DNA of 64,000 nt from a virus. Taxonomy: Duplodnaviria > Caudoviricetes. The stretch is from IMG/VR virus record IMGVR_UViG_3300029305_005280. One strand, given 5' to 3'. The first letter of the stretch is position 1. Each line of letters begins with the position of its first letter. Both the position numbers and the translations under genes were made by a program. Below, piece after piece: positions 1 through 10,607 of the stretch. The notes below the pieces were generated by a model, which was not told the DNA's origin, searched no databases, and was given only the letters and a program-made list of their open reading frames with translations.

Positions 1-7
1 TCGTAAA

Positions 8-1534
8 ATGAATCAGGTTGTTTTGAACTCAGGTAAGAATAATTACTATTTTATTACAAATAAGATTGTTCAAGAAAATGATACTGACCATTACAAGATG
101 GTTATGAAATCATTGAAAGAGCCTAGTGAATTTGTTAGAGATGAACAGGGCAATATAATTGGCTCATATAGATATACTTTACAGTCTGATGAGTATTTCA
201 TCAACACAAACAAGACACTAACTGAATATGAAATTCTTGGTCCGGGTTCTCTAATAGGATTGAACGTAACATTCAATCCAAGTGAAGAACAAGATATAAC
301 GAATACTTTTGAGCTTGATGTTCAAGCTGTTCTATATCAAGATGTTATTATTTTAGGAATCAAAGCATTTGGTGACTATTGTAAATCCATTCCTGCTACA
401 TATGAAATGTACTGTAGAGAACAACAAATCTATAATATTGTTGCAAATGATACTTTGATGATAAAAATGAATGATTCAAATAGTGTTAAATCAAGACCTA
501 TTTTTACATCTTGGAATGATACATTGATTGATAAGGATTTTGAAATAAGTTATAAATCTTCATCAGGTGAAATCATCACACTACCTCAGATAAACATTCA
601 GAGTGATGAGTGCTCATGGTCAGGTAGGGCATGTTTAAACTTGAATATTTCTAGTGAAGAGCCACAATTGATTGAAGGAATTTCAAAAGATTCAAATAAT
701 AGCTATGATTACAAATCAATACAGATGCTAATGTTAGAGTCTACCAACGATATTGGAGACAGTGCATATCGTATCTATCCTGATTTTAATACAACTAATT
801 TTAGCGTAGAACCAGAACAACTTTACATCCAAAGTGATGTTTTTGTAAATAAAGTTGGCGGAACTAACATTGACATTTCCTATGTTGATTTGCTGGGTGA
901 TAGAAAAGCAGTTGATTTATATTTATATGCTTTAAATGATGTATTTACTACTTCACCTTTCTCAATCCGTGATGATGGCGCTATTATTTGTAATATGATT
1001 GATATGACAAACCAAACTGTAACAGTTGAAGTTATGCTTGATACTGATGGTAAGTATATGTTATCTATTGATAATCTGTCTGAGGAAATCAAGTTGTCAG
1101 TGGAAGTAAACAATGTTCCTGCATTGTCATTGAGTAGTAAGTCACAATTTGTAGGAGCAGGTATGTCTTATTACATACTTGAGCCAGCTGAGAAACATAC
1201 AATCAAGTTTTCAATTGATAAAGCAGCCGACACTAATTCAGACCATTTCATAATAAACTCATTATTCAAATTCATTGATAATACTTTATTTGAGACAGAG
1301 TATGGTATTACAACAGATAATATTCTGAATAGAATTAGAACCCTCGATGTTGATTCTATCTTTAAGTACAACAATGTTGTAACAGATAAAGATGAGATTT
1401 ATATAGAGGACCCACTTGATGGTAAATCATTCTTCAACTCAAATCACGTTATGAATCAATTTACTATTGGTAAGGCAGAGCTAAGATTATCTGATTCTAC
1501 CGATGCATATATTTTACCGATAAATAATAGGTGA
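8..1534 (+). CDS. C-terminal part of a large virion structural (baseplate/tail) protein, probably starting before the window
   Basis: The frame is open from position 2. The protein is acidic and N/S/T-rich and lies directly upstream of a baseplate-wedge-like gene. Function is inferred from context only. Confidence 0.45.
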   Translation: MNQVVLNSGKNNYYFITNKIVQENDTDHYKMVMKSLKEPSEFVRDEQGNIIGSYRYTLQSDEYFINTNKTLTEYEILGPGSLIGLNVTFNPSEEQDITNTFELDVQAVLYQDVIILGIKAFGDYCKSIPATYEMYCREQQIYNIVANDTLMIKMNDSNSVKSRPIFTSWNDTLIDKDFEISYKSSSGEIITLPQINIQSDECSWSGRACLNLNISSEEPQLIEGISKDSNNSYDYKSIQMLMLESTNDIGDSAYRIYPDFNTTNFSVEPEQLYIQSDVFVNKVGGTNIDISYVDLLGDRKAVDLYLYALNDVFTTSPFSIRDDGAIICNMIDMTNQTVTVEVMLDTDGKYMLSIDNLSEEIKLSVEVNNVPALSLSSKSQFVGAGMSYYILEPAEKHTIKFSIDKAADTNSDHFIINSLFKFIDNTLFETEYGITTDNILNRIRTLDVDSIFKYNNVVTDKDEIYIEDPLDGKSFFNSNHVMNQFTIGKAELRLSDSTDAYILPINNR

Positions 1535-1538
1535 TAAG

Positions 1539-2828
1539 ATGGCAGTATTTAGATTACAAGAAAATATGCCTGATGTTTATGTAAGGAAATCAAGAGATTT
1601 TCAACTTCTTTGTAATAGCTTTGATGCTGTTTTTAATAGTGTAAAAAATGATATTGATAGTATTACAAATGTAGTTGATACAAGATTATGTAGCGAAAGA
1701 TTACTTCCTTTGTTGCAAACTAAACTTGGTTTCTTTACAAATAAACATTTAACTGCAACAGAATTAAGAACCGTTCTTCAAGCTTTCAAATACATTGTTA
1801 GGGATAAAGGTTCAAGAACAGGTATAAGAGAAGCTATTGAAGTATTTTTGAAAGTTGCAAATGCTTCAAACAAATCAAGAATACAGATTGTTGATAATTT
1901 TGTTTCAATTGATGGACACACTAGTGAAACTAGACCTGGTAACACATACATTGTAGAAGTTGCTATTGAAGGACAGCAAATGGATACAACTTTACTTACA
2001 GAGTTGTTAAAGTATGTACTGCCTGCAGGTTATCAACTAAAATATAGTTTCTATAACGCAACTCAAACAGTAACACAAATACATGATAAGGATACTGTTC
2101 ACATCATATTTGTTGATAAGAGTGATAATAATGGAATTAGACTCACTACATCAAATGATTCTGATGATAGATATCCATATGAATTAACTTGGGTTGATTT
2201 TGAGTCAGCTGATGAAAGTTATTATTATATCAAAGAAAATAATGCATATATTAAATTGCATTCAATTCCTAATGATTGGCCAAATGGAGAATATTATAGA
2301 GCTAAGTATATCTATGAATATGAGAATAATGCTGTTGAGGTAAAAGAGATACTGTTACCTCAATATGAACCCAGTAAGTATTACAGAAGTATTGGTATTG
2401 AAGATGAGATTGTTCTAATTACAACTCCAGAAGCTCCTGAAGATTGGGGAAGTAGCGAAACAACATTTTACTATGATAGTGACGGTTCTGAGCCTATTGA
2501 GTTTGAAGCAGAATATAGACCATTGGTTGATGGCGTCTATGTTCCATTTGAAGAGAACAAATATTATGCAAAAACTAGTAGTGGTACTTATGAACTTGTT
2601 ACTGGTAAATTTGTTGAGGCGGGAACATATTATACACAAACAATTGACACTAGATATTACAAAGTTGTACTTCCTTATAACAGCATAAACGGAGTAGGTA
2701 CAACAACGACATTTAAGTTTACAAGTAATGATATTTCAGAAACATCATTTGATAATGCAAAGAAAGCAGAACTACCGAGTGATGAATCCGGTGTTGATTG
2801 GATGAAAGATTTGGAGGATTCTGAATAA
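1539..2828 (+). CDS. Baseplate wedge / tail protein (P2 gpI-like N-terminus)
   Basis: The N-terminal segment 'DTRLCSERLLPLLQTKLGF...FKYIVRDKGSRTGIREAIE' resembles gpI-type baseplate proteins; the C-terminus is Tyr-rich. Confidence 0.55.
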   Translation: MAVFRLQENMPDVYVRKSRDFQLLCNSFDAVFNSVKNDIDSITNVVDTRLCSERLLPLLQTKLGFFTNKHLTATELRTVLQAFKYIVRDKGSRTGIREAIEVFLKVANASNKSRIQIVDNFVSIDGHTSETRPGNTYIVEVAIEGQQMDTTLLTELLKYVLPAGYQLKYSFYNATQTVTQIHDKDTVHIIFVDKSDNNGIRLTTSNDSDDRYPYELTWVDFESADESYYYIKENNAYIKLHSIPNDWPNGEYYRAKYIYEYENNAVEVKEILLPQYEPSKYYRSIGIEDEIVLITTPEAPEDWGSSETTFYYDSDGSEPIEFEAEYRPLVDGVYVPFEENKYYAKTSSGTYELVTGKFVEAGTYYTQTIDTRYYKVVLPYNSINGVGTTTTFKFTSNDISETSFDNAKKAELPSDESGVDWMKDLEDSE

Positions 2829-2829
2829 T

Positions 2830-3327
2830 ATGAAAGATTTGAAAGCTATTATTGGCAATTCAATTTCATACAGAGGTAACCTTTCAGTTACGCTAAATGT
2901 AAAGGGACATAAATATCCCTTTACATTTAATAATCATGGAACAAAACATTTGTTAGACACAATTACACGGGCTCTGGCGGGTTATTCAATAACAGGTGCT
3001 ACCCCTCGTTATATTGATTTTCAACATACTCTCGATGGAACTCAATATCAGTCGGTGTTAAAAAATCTGGTTCCATTTACAGGTATTGTTTATGGAGAAG
3101 CTGCCGATGCTGAAGAAAATGAAGGAAGAGTTCTTCTAAATGCAACTTTAACATATGAAGATAAACAGTATATTACCACATTGTATAGCCCTAGACTTGT
3201 TATACTTGATGATGAGAAACGAGTCCTTGCGGAAATCACAGAAGGTGACTTCCAAACATTGTGGAATTCAATTACAGATGCAACTGATGCACTAATTGAA
3301 TGGAAAATGATATTCACAACAGTTTAA
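2830..3327 (+). CDS. Hypothetical virion structural protein
   Basis: Has a GGAGG RBS and is tightly packed in the structural operon. Confidence 0.5.
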   Translation: MKDLKAIIGNSISYRGNLSVTLNVKGHKYPFTFNNHGTKHLLDTITRALAGYSITGATPRYIDFQHTLDGTQYQSVLKNLVPFTGIVYGEAADAEENEGRVLLNATLTYEDKQYITTLYSPRLVILDDEKRVLAEITEGDFQTLWNSITDATDALIEWKMIFTTV

Positions 3328-3337
3328 GGAGATTATT

Positions 3338-3967
3338 ATGTCATATATTAACAAAGATGCAATTAGTGTATTCCCACTTGCAAAAAATAGGCCGTCTGAT
3401 AGAAGTGCACGCTTATTCTATGAAAATAATGTTGCAAATATTATTAGGCAGTTGGTAGATACTGAAGGTTTTATTATCCTACCCGAAGCAGGAACAGATG
3501 CAACACAGGACTTATTTATATTAAACAATGATTCTTCAAAGACTGTTCTTGATGGCGCTGAGGATTTACTTAAGATAACATTTAGTATAAATGCACCTCT
3601 TGTATTTAATCTTTATGGTTATTATTTTAATATCTGGAACGAGTCAACTGGTTCTGTTGATATTTTCAATCAGCAGAAGTTAAGTCAAGATGAAGTTAAT
3701 AATGGATTTGAAGTTTGGGCTTATATTGATATTGACTCAGTTGCAAAAGAAATTCTTGGTCAAGATGTTAATAATTTCTATGAAGGGCTTGTGTTCTGTA
3801 CCGGAGCAACTGCACTTGACACAGAAGGTAGACATAAGTTAAAGATTGCAGATTGTTGGATTGATTCTGATGGAAATTTGAAATCAACGATTGCAAATAA
3901 CAGTTATATGAAATTAAATTCAAAAAGTCTGGATGTTACCATCAGCAGAATTGATGGTAAGCACTAA
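3338..3967 (+). CDS. Hypothetical protein (end of structural module)
   Basis: AAGGAG RBS; 209-aa ORF. Confidence 0.55.
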   Translation: MSYINKDAISVFPLAKNRPSDRSARLFYENNVANIIRQLVDTEGFIILPEAGTDATQDLFILNNDSSKTVLDGAEDLLKITFSINAPLVFNLYGYYFNIWNESTGSVDIFNQQKLSQDEVNNGFEVWAYIDIDSVAKEILGQDVNNFYEGLVFCTGATALDTEGRHKLKIADCWIDSDGNLKSTIANNSYMKLNSKSLDVTISRIDGKH

Positions 3968-4016
3968 GAGACAATTGTATATATTATTATAAATCTAAGA
4001 ATGTATAGAGGTTAAT

Positions 4017-4322
4017 ATGAGTAGAAAATTAAATGTTATCACTTGTCCTAAATGTGGCAGAGAATACATGCCCGCGGAAATTTTCATACCAAAAAATCTT
4101 TTAGGAGCTCCTTCAGTTATTAAAAGAAATGCTGATGGAAAAATTGAAGATTTTATTGGAACAGATATGGACCTAAATGAAAGATATTGTTGTGATTCAT
4201 GTAACACAGTATTTGGAGTTGTTGCTGATATTTCTTTCAGAAGTAATGTTGATGCAAGATTCGATATCATGAATGATTATTCTTCAGAAATGGGTCCAAA
4301 ATTTACACTGGTTGAGTACTAA
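4017..4322 (+). CDS. Zn-ribbon protein
   Basis: CPKC and CDSC pairs; GAGG RBS. Confidence 0.65.
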   Translation: MSRKLNVITCPKCGREYMPAEIFIPKNLLGAPSVIKRNADGKIEDFIGTDMDLNERYCCDSCNTVFGVVADISFRSNVDARFDIMNDYSSEMGPKFTLVEY

Positions 4323-5995
4323 TGATAAAAATAAAAGAATTGACACCAAAGAAGATACCTGGACTATCTTCTTTGTTTGTTACTTTTGACTACTGTAAGG
4401 AAATTGTTGCAGTTATTAAAACTTGTACTCCTGCATATTTTGATAAGAAAACTTCGGTGTGGGAGATACCTACAACAAGGCTTGCAAAGTTCATAAATGG
4501 TGTTAATCAATTTGATGATATTGAGTTTTATCCTCAGCACAAGAAACGACTAGAAGATAAAGTATTTAAACTAAGTAATTATAAAACAACACCCTATGAT
4601 TATCAGTATGAGGGCATACAATATGGTTTAAATCATGATAAGTGGTTACTTCTTGATGCACCCGGCCTTGGAAAAACCCTACAGTTAATCTATCTTGCTC
4701 AAGAGTTAAAAAAACGTGATAACATTGAACATTGTTTGATACTATGTGGTATAAACACATTAAAAACAAACTGGAAAAAGGAAATACAAAAACATTCAAA
4801 CTTATCCTGCACGATACTTGGAGAAAGAGTAAACAAGAAAGGTAAAGTTGTTTATGAAGGCGTATCTCAGCGGTTAGCTCAATTAAAACATAAGATAAAA
4901 GAGTTTTTTGTTATTACTAATATAGAAACCTTACGAGATGATGAAATCGTTGCAGCGCTAAAGCAAGGCAAGAATAAATTTGATATGATTGTGGTGGATG
5001 AGATACACACTTGTAAGTCGCATCAATCTCAACAAGGAAAAAATTTACTGAAGTTAAACAACGCAAAATACAAAGTTGGTTTAACAGGAACATTGCTCTT
5101 GAATAATCCACTTGATGCATACATTCCTCTAAAGTGGACTGAAAATGAACGAGCTCCATATACTAATTTCAGATATCAGTATTGTCAGTATGGTGGTCCT
5201 TTTGGTAATGATTTTATCGGGTATAAAAACATTGATGTTTTAAAAGAGCAGATAAATACTTGCTCACTGCGCAGAACGAAAGATTTGCTTGATTTGCCAC
5301 CAAAAACAATCATTGATGAATATCTTGATATGTCCGATAGACAAGCACAATTTTATCAAAATATTGTTGATGGTGTTCTTGATGAAGTGGATAAAGTTCA
5401 TATTTCAACAGCAAATCTACTCGCAATGGTGGGACGATTAAGACAGGCAACTGCTTGTCCATCAATATTAACAACAGAAAATATTCCGTCTGCAAAGATG
5501 GATAGATGCTGTGAATTGATTGAAGAGATAACTGGAAATGGAAACAAAGTTGTTGTTTTTTCTACATTTAAGCAAACATTGAATGAGCTAGAACAAAGGT
5601 TACAGCAATATAATCCTTTGCTTTGTCATGGCGATGTCCCCGATGATGTAATATCTAAAAACATTGATACTTTTCAATCATCAGATTTTAACAAAGTTAT
5701 GCTTTGTACACATCAAAAGATGGGAACCGGTGTAACATTAACAGCCGCAAGTTATGCTATATTCATTGATTCACCTTGGACCGATGGACAAGCAGAACAA
5801 GCGGAGGATAGAATACATCGTATTGGTAGTAAAGACCCAGTGTTTATCTACTATCTATGGTGCAACGATACCTTTGATTTAAGAACACAAGAGATAGTCA
5901 GAGATAAAGCGTTACTGGGTGATTGGATAATTGACAACAAGTGTTCGCCGGGAATGTCTGAACGGTTACATCAGATGATATTAGATTTAAAATAA
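4322..5995 (+). CDS. SNF2-family (SF2) helicase/ATPase
   Basis: Motifs DAPGLGKT, DEIH, LTGT, GTGVTLT and QAEDRIHRIG. Confidence 0.92.
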   Translation: MIKIKELTPKKIPGLSSLFVTFDYCKEIVAVIKTCTPAYFDKKTSVWEIPTTRLAKFINGVNQFDDIEFYPQHKKRLEDKVFKLSNYKTTPYDYQYEGIQYGLNHDKWLLLDAPGLGKTLQLIYLAQELKKRDNIEHCLILCGINTLKTNWKKEIQKHSNLSCTILGERVNKKGKVVYEGVSQRLAQLKHKIKEFFVITNIETLRDDEIVAALKQGKNKFDMIVVDEIHTCKSHQSQQGKNLLKLNNAKYKVGLTGTLLLNNPLDAYIPLKWTENERAPYTNFRYQYCQYGGPFGNDFIGYKNIDVLKEQINTCSLRRTKDLLDLPPKTIIDEYLDMSDRQAQFYQNIVDGVLDEVDKVHISTANLLAMVGRLRQATACPSILTTENIPSAKMDRCCELIEEITGNGNKVVVFSTFKQTLNELEQRLQQYNPLLCHGDVPDDVISKNIDTFQSSDFNKVMLCTHQKMGTGVTLTAASYAIFIDSPWTDGQAEQAEDRIHRIGSKDPVFIYYLWCNDTFDLRTQEIVRDKALLGDWIIDNKCSPGMSERLHQMILDLK

Positions 5996-6021
5996 GCCGC
6001 AAATGCGACTTATTTTTTTTT
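5991..6021 (+). terminator. Rho-independent terminator
   Basis: Stem aataagccgc/gcgacttatt followed by a T-run. Confidence 0.7.
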
Positions 6022-6036
6022 GTTTTTCTATTGATT

Positions 6037-6068
6037 TAGTTGTATTTTTATATTATATTATTTATAAT
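6037..6068 (+). promoter_or_regulatory. Sigma-A-type phage promoter (TAG-TTGTAT-N17-TATAAT) for the replication operon
   Basis: Matches the 13-copy consensus TAGTTG-N20-TATAAT found across the window. Confidence 0.7.
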
Positions 6069-6144
6069 ATAATTGATAATAATATTACTGTTAATATGTT
6101 ATTATTAAGTTTTACATATAAGGATTTTTAATTTAGGTGATTAG

Positions 6145-6924
6145 TTGATAAAAGAGTATAGAGAGGTGTTTCAACAATCTGCAAGTGTTATACCCGATTA
6201 TAAAAAAATATCTCAAATTGAGTTAGCAGAAAAATATCTTGAAAAAGGGCCCAATTCTGATGCTTATTTGTCGGCATTGATTCTAAGATACTGGAATATT
6301 ATCGAAAAGATGCTATATAAAGATTATGGGTTGTACGATGAAAAAGAAGCATATGATTGGTTTATGGATTCTTTGTTATATGCAATAACATATAAACCGT
6401 GGCAGGACCCAAAAAGTGGAGTCTATCAAGACCCTAAAGCAATTGAAAAAGTTCTGAACACATGTATCAAATGTAGTAGAGCAAACTGGTTTCAAGCGTC
6501 CAATAGACATAAAAGAAAAATAAATCATAATACAAGTAGTTTAGAAGCATTGTCTGAAGAGTTTAAAGATTCCTATCTACCTCGAGAATTAACAGTTGAT
6601 TTAAATCAAGACGGATATACATATTTGATTGAAGAAGCATTCAATAAACAACAATATCTATTTGCATTGATTGTGGACGTAATTGTTCACGATATTTCGT
6701 TAGACAAAGTTACTGATACAAAGAGTTTGATATTAGTAATCAAGAGGTCAATTAGAACATTGCCTGTTGATTATTATAAGATTTTTGCAAAAAATTATGG
6801 ATTCGACCCACAGCAAGTTGAAAAATCATTTTCGTTCATTTACAATATGAGTGACCAAAAATTAAAACAGTCAATTGAGAATTACATATACAAGTTAAGA
6901 AATATTCTGAAAAGAGAGGATTAG
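6145..6924 (+). CDS. Hypothetical protein, possibly sigma-factor-like
   Basis: The helical segment 'LILRYWNIIEKMLYKDY...EAYDWFMDSLLYAI' loosely resembles sigma region 2; weak support. Confidence 0.35.
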   Translation: MIKEYREVFQQSASVIPDYKKISQIELAEKYLEKGPNSDAYLSALILRYWNIIEKMLYKDYGLYDEKEAYDWFMDSLLYAITYKPWQDPKSGVYQDPKAIEKVLNTCIKCSRANWFQASNRHKRKINHNTSSLEALSEEFKDSYLPRELTVDLNQDGYTYLIEEAFNKQQYLFALIVDVIVHDISLDKVTDTKSLILVIKRSIRTLPVDYYKIFAKNYGFDPQQVEKSFSFIYNMSDQKLKQSIENYIYKLRNILKRED

Positions 6925-6928
6925 TTAT

Positions 6929-7642
6929 TTGTTAGTTGACCTTCTCAGTATGGATAATTATGTTAACTTTAATATAAAACTTGCTGAAATTCTTGGGCTG
7001 CACCCTGCAATCTATATTAGTGAATTGCTTAACATAAATGAAAAAGCTGTTCGTAAAGATAAGGTAGCCGATAATTGTTTTAAAGTAGTTAGAAGTTATA
7101 TCACAAAGAGAACAACATTATCCATCGAAGAACAAAAAGAAATTGATGCTTTACTTGTTAGTATTGGTGTACTAAAAGTAAACCCAGAAAGTAGCGATGC
7201 ATTGACATTGGACCTGACAATATTAACATCACTTGTATCTGCGGAACCGACAGATATTGAAAAACTTAAAAAGATTGTAAATACAACTAAGCCAAAGAAG
7301 AGAACAAAGGCTCAAGTAATAATTGAACAACTAAAAACACTTGTTGTAGTTGAGAATGAAGAGTTGCGTCAAGCATATTATGATTGGATTGATGCTGTTA
7401 ACGCAAAACAAGGATGGATGTCAGCAAAGTCTGTTACGGTAGGGCAAAAAACTATTGATGCATATTGCAATCATAATCTCGATTTAGCTTTGCAACTTCT
7501 TGAGATAGCATCAATGGGTGGATATAGAGATATACAGTGGGCCATAAATACATACGAAAAAGATTATAAATTAAATTATAGAATACCCGCTGCACCTGTT
7601 AAACAAAGAGTCACTACGGCATTAAGTGAGGAGGTATTCTAA
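6929..7642 (+). CDS. Putative replication initiator (wHTH + DnaD-like)
   Basis: The N-terminus 'NIKLAEILGLHPAIYISELL...ITKRTTLSIEEQK' is typical of phage initiators, and the gene sits directly upstream of a DnaC-like loader. Confidence 0.6.
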   Translation: MLVDLLSMDNYVNFNIKLAEILGLHPAIYISELLNINEKAVRKDKVADNCFKVVRSYITKRTTLSIEEQKEIDALLVSIGVLKVNPESSDALTLDLTILTSLVSAEPTDIEKLKKIVNTTKPKKRTKAQVIIEQLKTLVVVENEELRQAYYDWIDAVNAKQGWMSAKSVTVGQKTIDAYCNHNLDLALQLLEIASMGGYRDIQWAINTYEKDYKLNYRIPAAPVKQRVTTALSEEVF

Positions 7643-8330
7643 TTTGATATTGAGTAATGATTGTTTTACAAAAGATATTTGTGCAAAGTTTAAAAAAGGT
7701 CATTGTGTCGATGGTGAGTTTTGCATCAAATTATTCAAACTCAATGCTTTATATGACCAGGCATTGATTAGTGACAAGCAACGTCAAAGAATCAACTTGA
7801 GGATTGACGCAGATGGTACGGATAGGAATGAATTTCAAAGATTACAAAATATTGAAAACGATATTTTGAATTTTGTGAATGAAGGATGTAACCTATATCT
7901 CTATTCTACAACATGTGGTAATGGAAAATCGTCTTGGGCCCTCAGGCTAATTCAATCATATTTCAATAAAATATGGCCTTCCGCAACAATTGAATGTAAA
8001 GCATTGTTTGTAAATGTTCCAAAATTTTTTCTTGCACTTAAAGATAATATTAGTGTAAAAAGTGATTATATACAACATATAAAAGATAATGTTGCAGAGT
8101 GTGATATTGTTGTCTGGGACGATATCGGAACTAAGGTTGGAACTGAATTTGAAGTTGAAAATTTGTTGAATATCATAAATAATAGAATTGATAACGGTAA
8201 ATCAAATATTTACACATCAAATATAACTCCTGTTCAATTGCAGGAAAGAGTGGGAGAGAGACTGTATTCCCGTATTATAAATCTTTCTACAAATATTGAA
8301 CTTAGAGGAATGGATAAAAGAGGTTTATAA
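7626..8330 (+). CDS. DnaC/IstB-like helicase loader ATPase
   Basis: Walker A STTCGNGKS, Walker B VVWDDIG, and YTSN and RLYSRI motifs. Confidence 0.85.
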   Translation: MRRYSNLILSNDCFTKDICAKFKKGHCVDGEFCIKLFKLNALYDQALISDKQRQRINLRIDADGTDRNEFQRLQNIENDILNFVNEGCNLYLYSTTCGNGKSSWALRLIQSYFNKIWPSATIECKALFVNVPKFFLALKDNISVKSDYIQHIKDNVAECDIVVWDDIGTKVGTEFEVENLLNIINNRIDNGKSNIYTSNITPVQLQERVGERLYSRIINLSTNIELRGMDKRGL

Positions 8331-9595
8331 TGGTTCAGTTACAATTTATCAATAAACTTATTAGTACTGGTGACACATCATTATTACTAATGAATAATCT
8401 TACTGATGAGTTTTTTAGCGATTATAAGAAAGAGTATCATTGGATAAAGGAACATATAAATAAATATGGCAATTGTCCTGATATGCACTCTTTTATAGAT
8501 AGGTTTCCTGATTTTGATGTTGTTGATGTGAAAGAGACAACATCTTATCTTATAGATGAATTGTATCAGGATTATAACAAAAGAAAACTTGCAGGTGTTT
8601 TTAATCGTGTTAGAGAGTTAATCAATCAAGATAAGATTGATGAAGCAATGGCTGTATATACAACTGCTGCATCTGATGTTGTTCAATCAACTCATCTTGA
8701 GACAGTTGACATATTTCATAACACTTCACGATATAATGATTATGTTGATAAATGTACAGCATTTGATAAGTTCTATGTAAAAACAGGATTCAAAGAATTG
8801 GATGAACTTATTGGCGGTTGGGACCGCTTGGAAGAATTGGGTACAATCGTTGCAAGACCCGGTATCGGTAAATCGTGGGTTCTACATAAAGTTGCGTTAG
8901 CAGCTGCAGAACAAGGGCTTACAGTTGGAATCTATTCTGGTGAGATGAGCGAAAATAAGGTCGGATATCGTATTGACACTCTTATCTCACATATTTCAAA
9001 TAGTGCTATTATGCGTGGCAATGATTCTGTTCAGCTTGATTACAAGCGGTATATGGAAGAACTTCCAAACAAGTTTAAAGGTACAATCAAAGTTTTAACT
9101 CCAGCAATGATAAATGGAGCCGCAAGTGTTACAGCTTTAAGAGCATTTATTGAAAAAGAGAAGCTTGATATATTGTGTGTTGACCAACATTCATTGCTTG
9201 AAGATGATAGACGAGCACGAAACCCTGTTGAGAAAGCAGCTAATATTTCACGAGACCTTAAAAATTTACAGGTATTGAAAAAGATTCCTATTATTGCGGT
9301 ATCTCAGCAAAATAGAGATGCAACAGAAAATGGTCCTAGTACTGCAAATGTAGCTCAGTCTGATAGAATTTCACAGGATAGTACAGTAATTGTTTTTCTT
9401 GAACAGAAAGATAATGTTTTAACACTTAATCTCGTAAAAGCAAGAGATAGTGGTAATGGTAAAAAATTACAGTATGCTGTTGATTTTAATAAAGGTATCT
9501 TTACTTTTATACCAACGGAAGAAAGTGTTCAGTCACCACAAGCTGTTGCTGATTTGATTGATGAATATGAAGGTGAAGGCGTGGACGCATTTTAA
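8330..9595 (+). CDS. dnaB: Replicative DnaB-like helicase
   Basis: Motifs TGFKELD, ARPGIGKS, SGEM, VDQ, SQQNR, SDRISQDS and KARD. Confidence 0.9.
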   Translation: MVQLQFINKLISTGDTSLLLMNNLTDEFFSDYKKEYHWIKEHINKYGNCPDMHSFIDRFPDFDVVDVKETTSYLIDELYQDYNKRKLAGVFNRVRELINQDKIDEAMAVYTTAASDVVQSTHLETVDIFHNTSRYNDYVDKCTAFDKFYVKTGFKELDELIGGWDRLEELGTIVARPGIGKSWVLHKVALAAAEQGLTVGIYSGEMSENKVGYRIDTLISHISNSAIMRGNDSVQLDYKRYMEELPNKFKGTIKVLTPAMINGAASVTALRAFIEKEKLDILCVDQHSLLEDDRRARNPVEKAANISRDLKNLQVLKKIPIIAVSQQNRDATENGPSTANVAQSDRISQDSTVIVFLEQKDNVLTLNLVKARDSGNGKKLQYAVDFNKGIFTFIPTEESVQSPQAVADLIDEYEGEGVDAF

Positions 9596-10545
9596 TGTAT
9601 TTGACAATTGGAAATAAAGTTATAACAACCGAAATAAAAGATATACTTAATATATTAAAGAGCGAATTAACTAATGGAAAACTAAAAGATATAGGTAGTG
9701 CAAAGGGCGATAATATTCCTTGTACGTGCCCAAGACATAAAGATGGTATGGAACGCCATCCTTCATGCATGATATTCACAAAACAAGATGACGATAAAAC
9801 TCAATATGGTTTCGCTCATTGTTTTACTTGTGGTTATGCAGAACCTTTACCAAGATTTGTAGCTGATTGTTTTGATGAAGAAGATATTGGATTTGGAGAA
9901 GAATGGTTATTAACTAGATGTGATACGGCTTTCATGTCTCAAGTTCAATATCTACCTCCTATTGAGTTAGATAAGAAACAAGAGTCAAAAGTATTTCTTG
10001 ACGAAAGTATCTTAAAAAACTACGAATACTATCATGACTATATGTGGCATCGTAAACTCAGTAAGTGGGTTGTTGACACGTTCGAAGTTGGATATGACCC
10101 AACAAAGCAAATGCTAACATTTCCTGTCAGAGACGATAAAGGTCGTCTTCTTTTTATAACAGGCAGATATGTTAATTTTAAAAGGTTTGAAATTCCTGAA
10201 AAGGTCGAAAAACCAGTTTATTTATTGTATTACATACTACAGCAGAACATAAAAACAGTTGCTGTGTGTGAAAGTCAGATAAATTGTTTATATCTTTGGT
10301 CACTTGGAATTCCCGCAGTGTGCTTATTTGGTACGGGTACACCAATGCAGTATGAATTATTAAAGAAGAGTGGTATAAGGTCTTTCAACCTATTCTTCGA
10401 TGGTGACTGGGGTGGTAGAAAAGGTGCAGAGAGATTTAAAAAATATATGCCAAAGGATAGAATCGTTACTGACTATCTATTGCCACCTGAAAAGGATGTA
10501 AATAATCTAACGCTTGAAGAAATTAACAACTTGGAATACTGTTAG
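9595..10545 (+). CDS. dnaG: DNA primase (CHC2 Zn finger + TOPRIM)
   Basis: CPRH...HCFTC zinc finger; TOPRIM motifs VCES, FFDGDWGG and KDVN. Confidence 0.88.
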   Translation: MYLTIGNKVITTEIKDILNILKSELTNGKLKDIGSAKGDNIPCTCPRHKDGMERHPSCMIFTKQDDDKTQYGFAHCFTCGYAEPLPRFVADCFDEEDIGFGEEWLLTRCDTAFMSQVQYLPPIELDKKQESKVFLDESILKNYEYYHDYMWHRKLSKWVVDTFEVGYDPTKQMLTFPVRDDKGRLLFITGRYVNFKRFEIPEKVEKPVYLLYYILQQNIKTVAVCESQINCLYLWSLGIPAVCLFGTGTPMQYELLKKSGIRSFNLFFDGDWGGRKGAERFKKYMPKDRIVTDYLLPPEKDVNNLTLEEINNLEYC

Positions 10546-10574
10546 TTGTATTTTAAGTTGATTTATCATATAAT
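10543..10574 (+). promoter_or_regulatory. Sigma-A-type phage promoter for ssb-polA-yhhQ
   Basis: TAG-TTGTAT-N17-TATAAT. Confidence 0.7.
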
Positions 10575-10607
10575 TAAATTATCAATAAAAGAAAAGGAGT
10601 CAAATAA

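Noticed and set aside
6000-6140. Replication origin
   Set aside because: The region is very AT-rich and lies upstream of the initiator operon, but no iterons are visible. A terminator plus promoter explains it.
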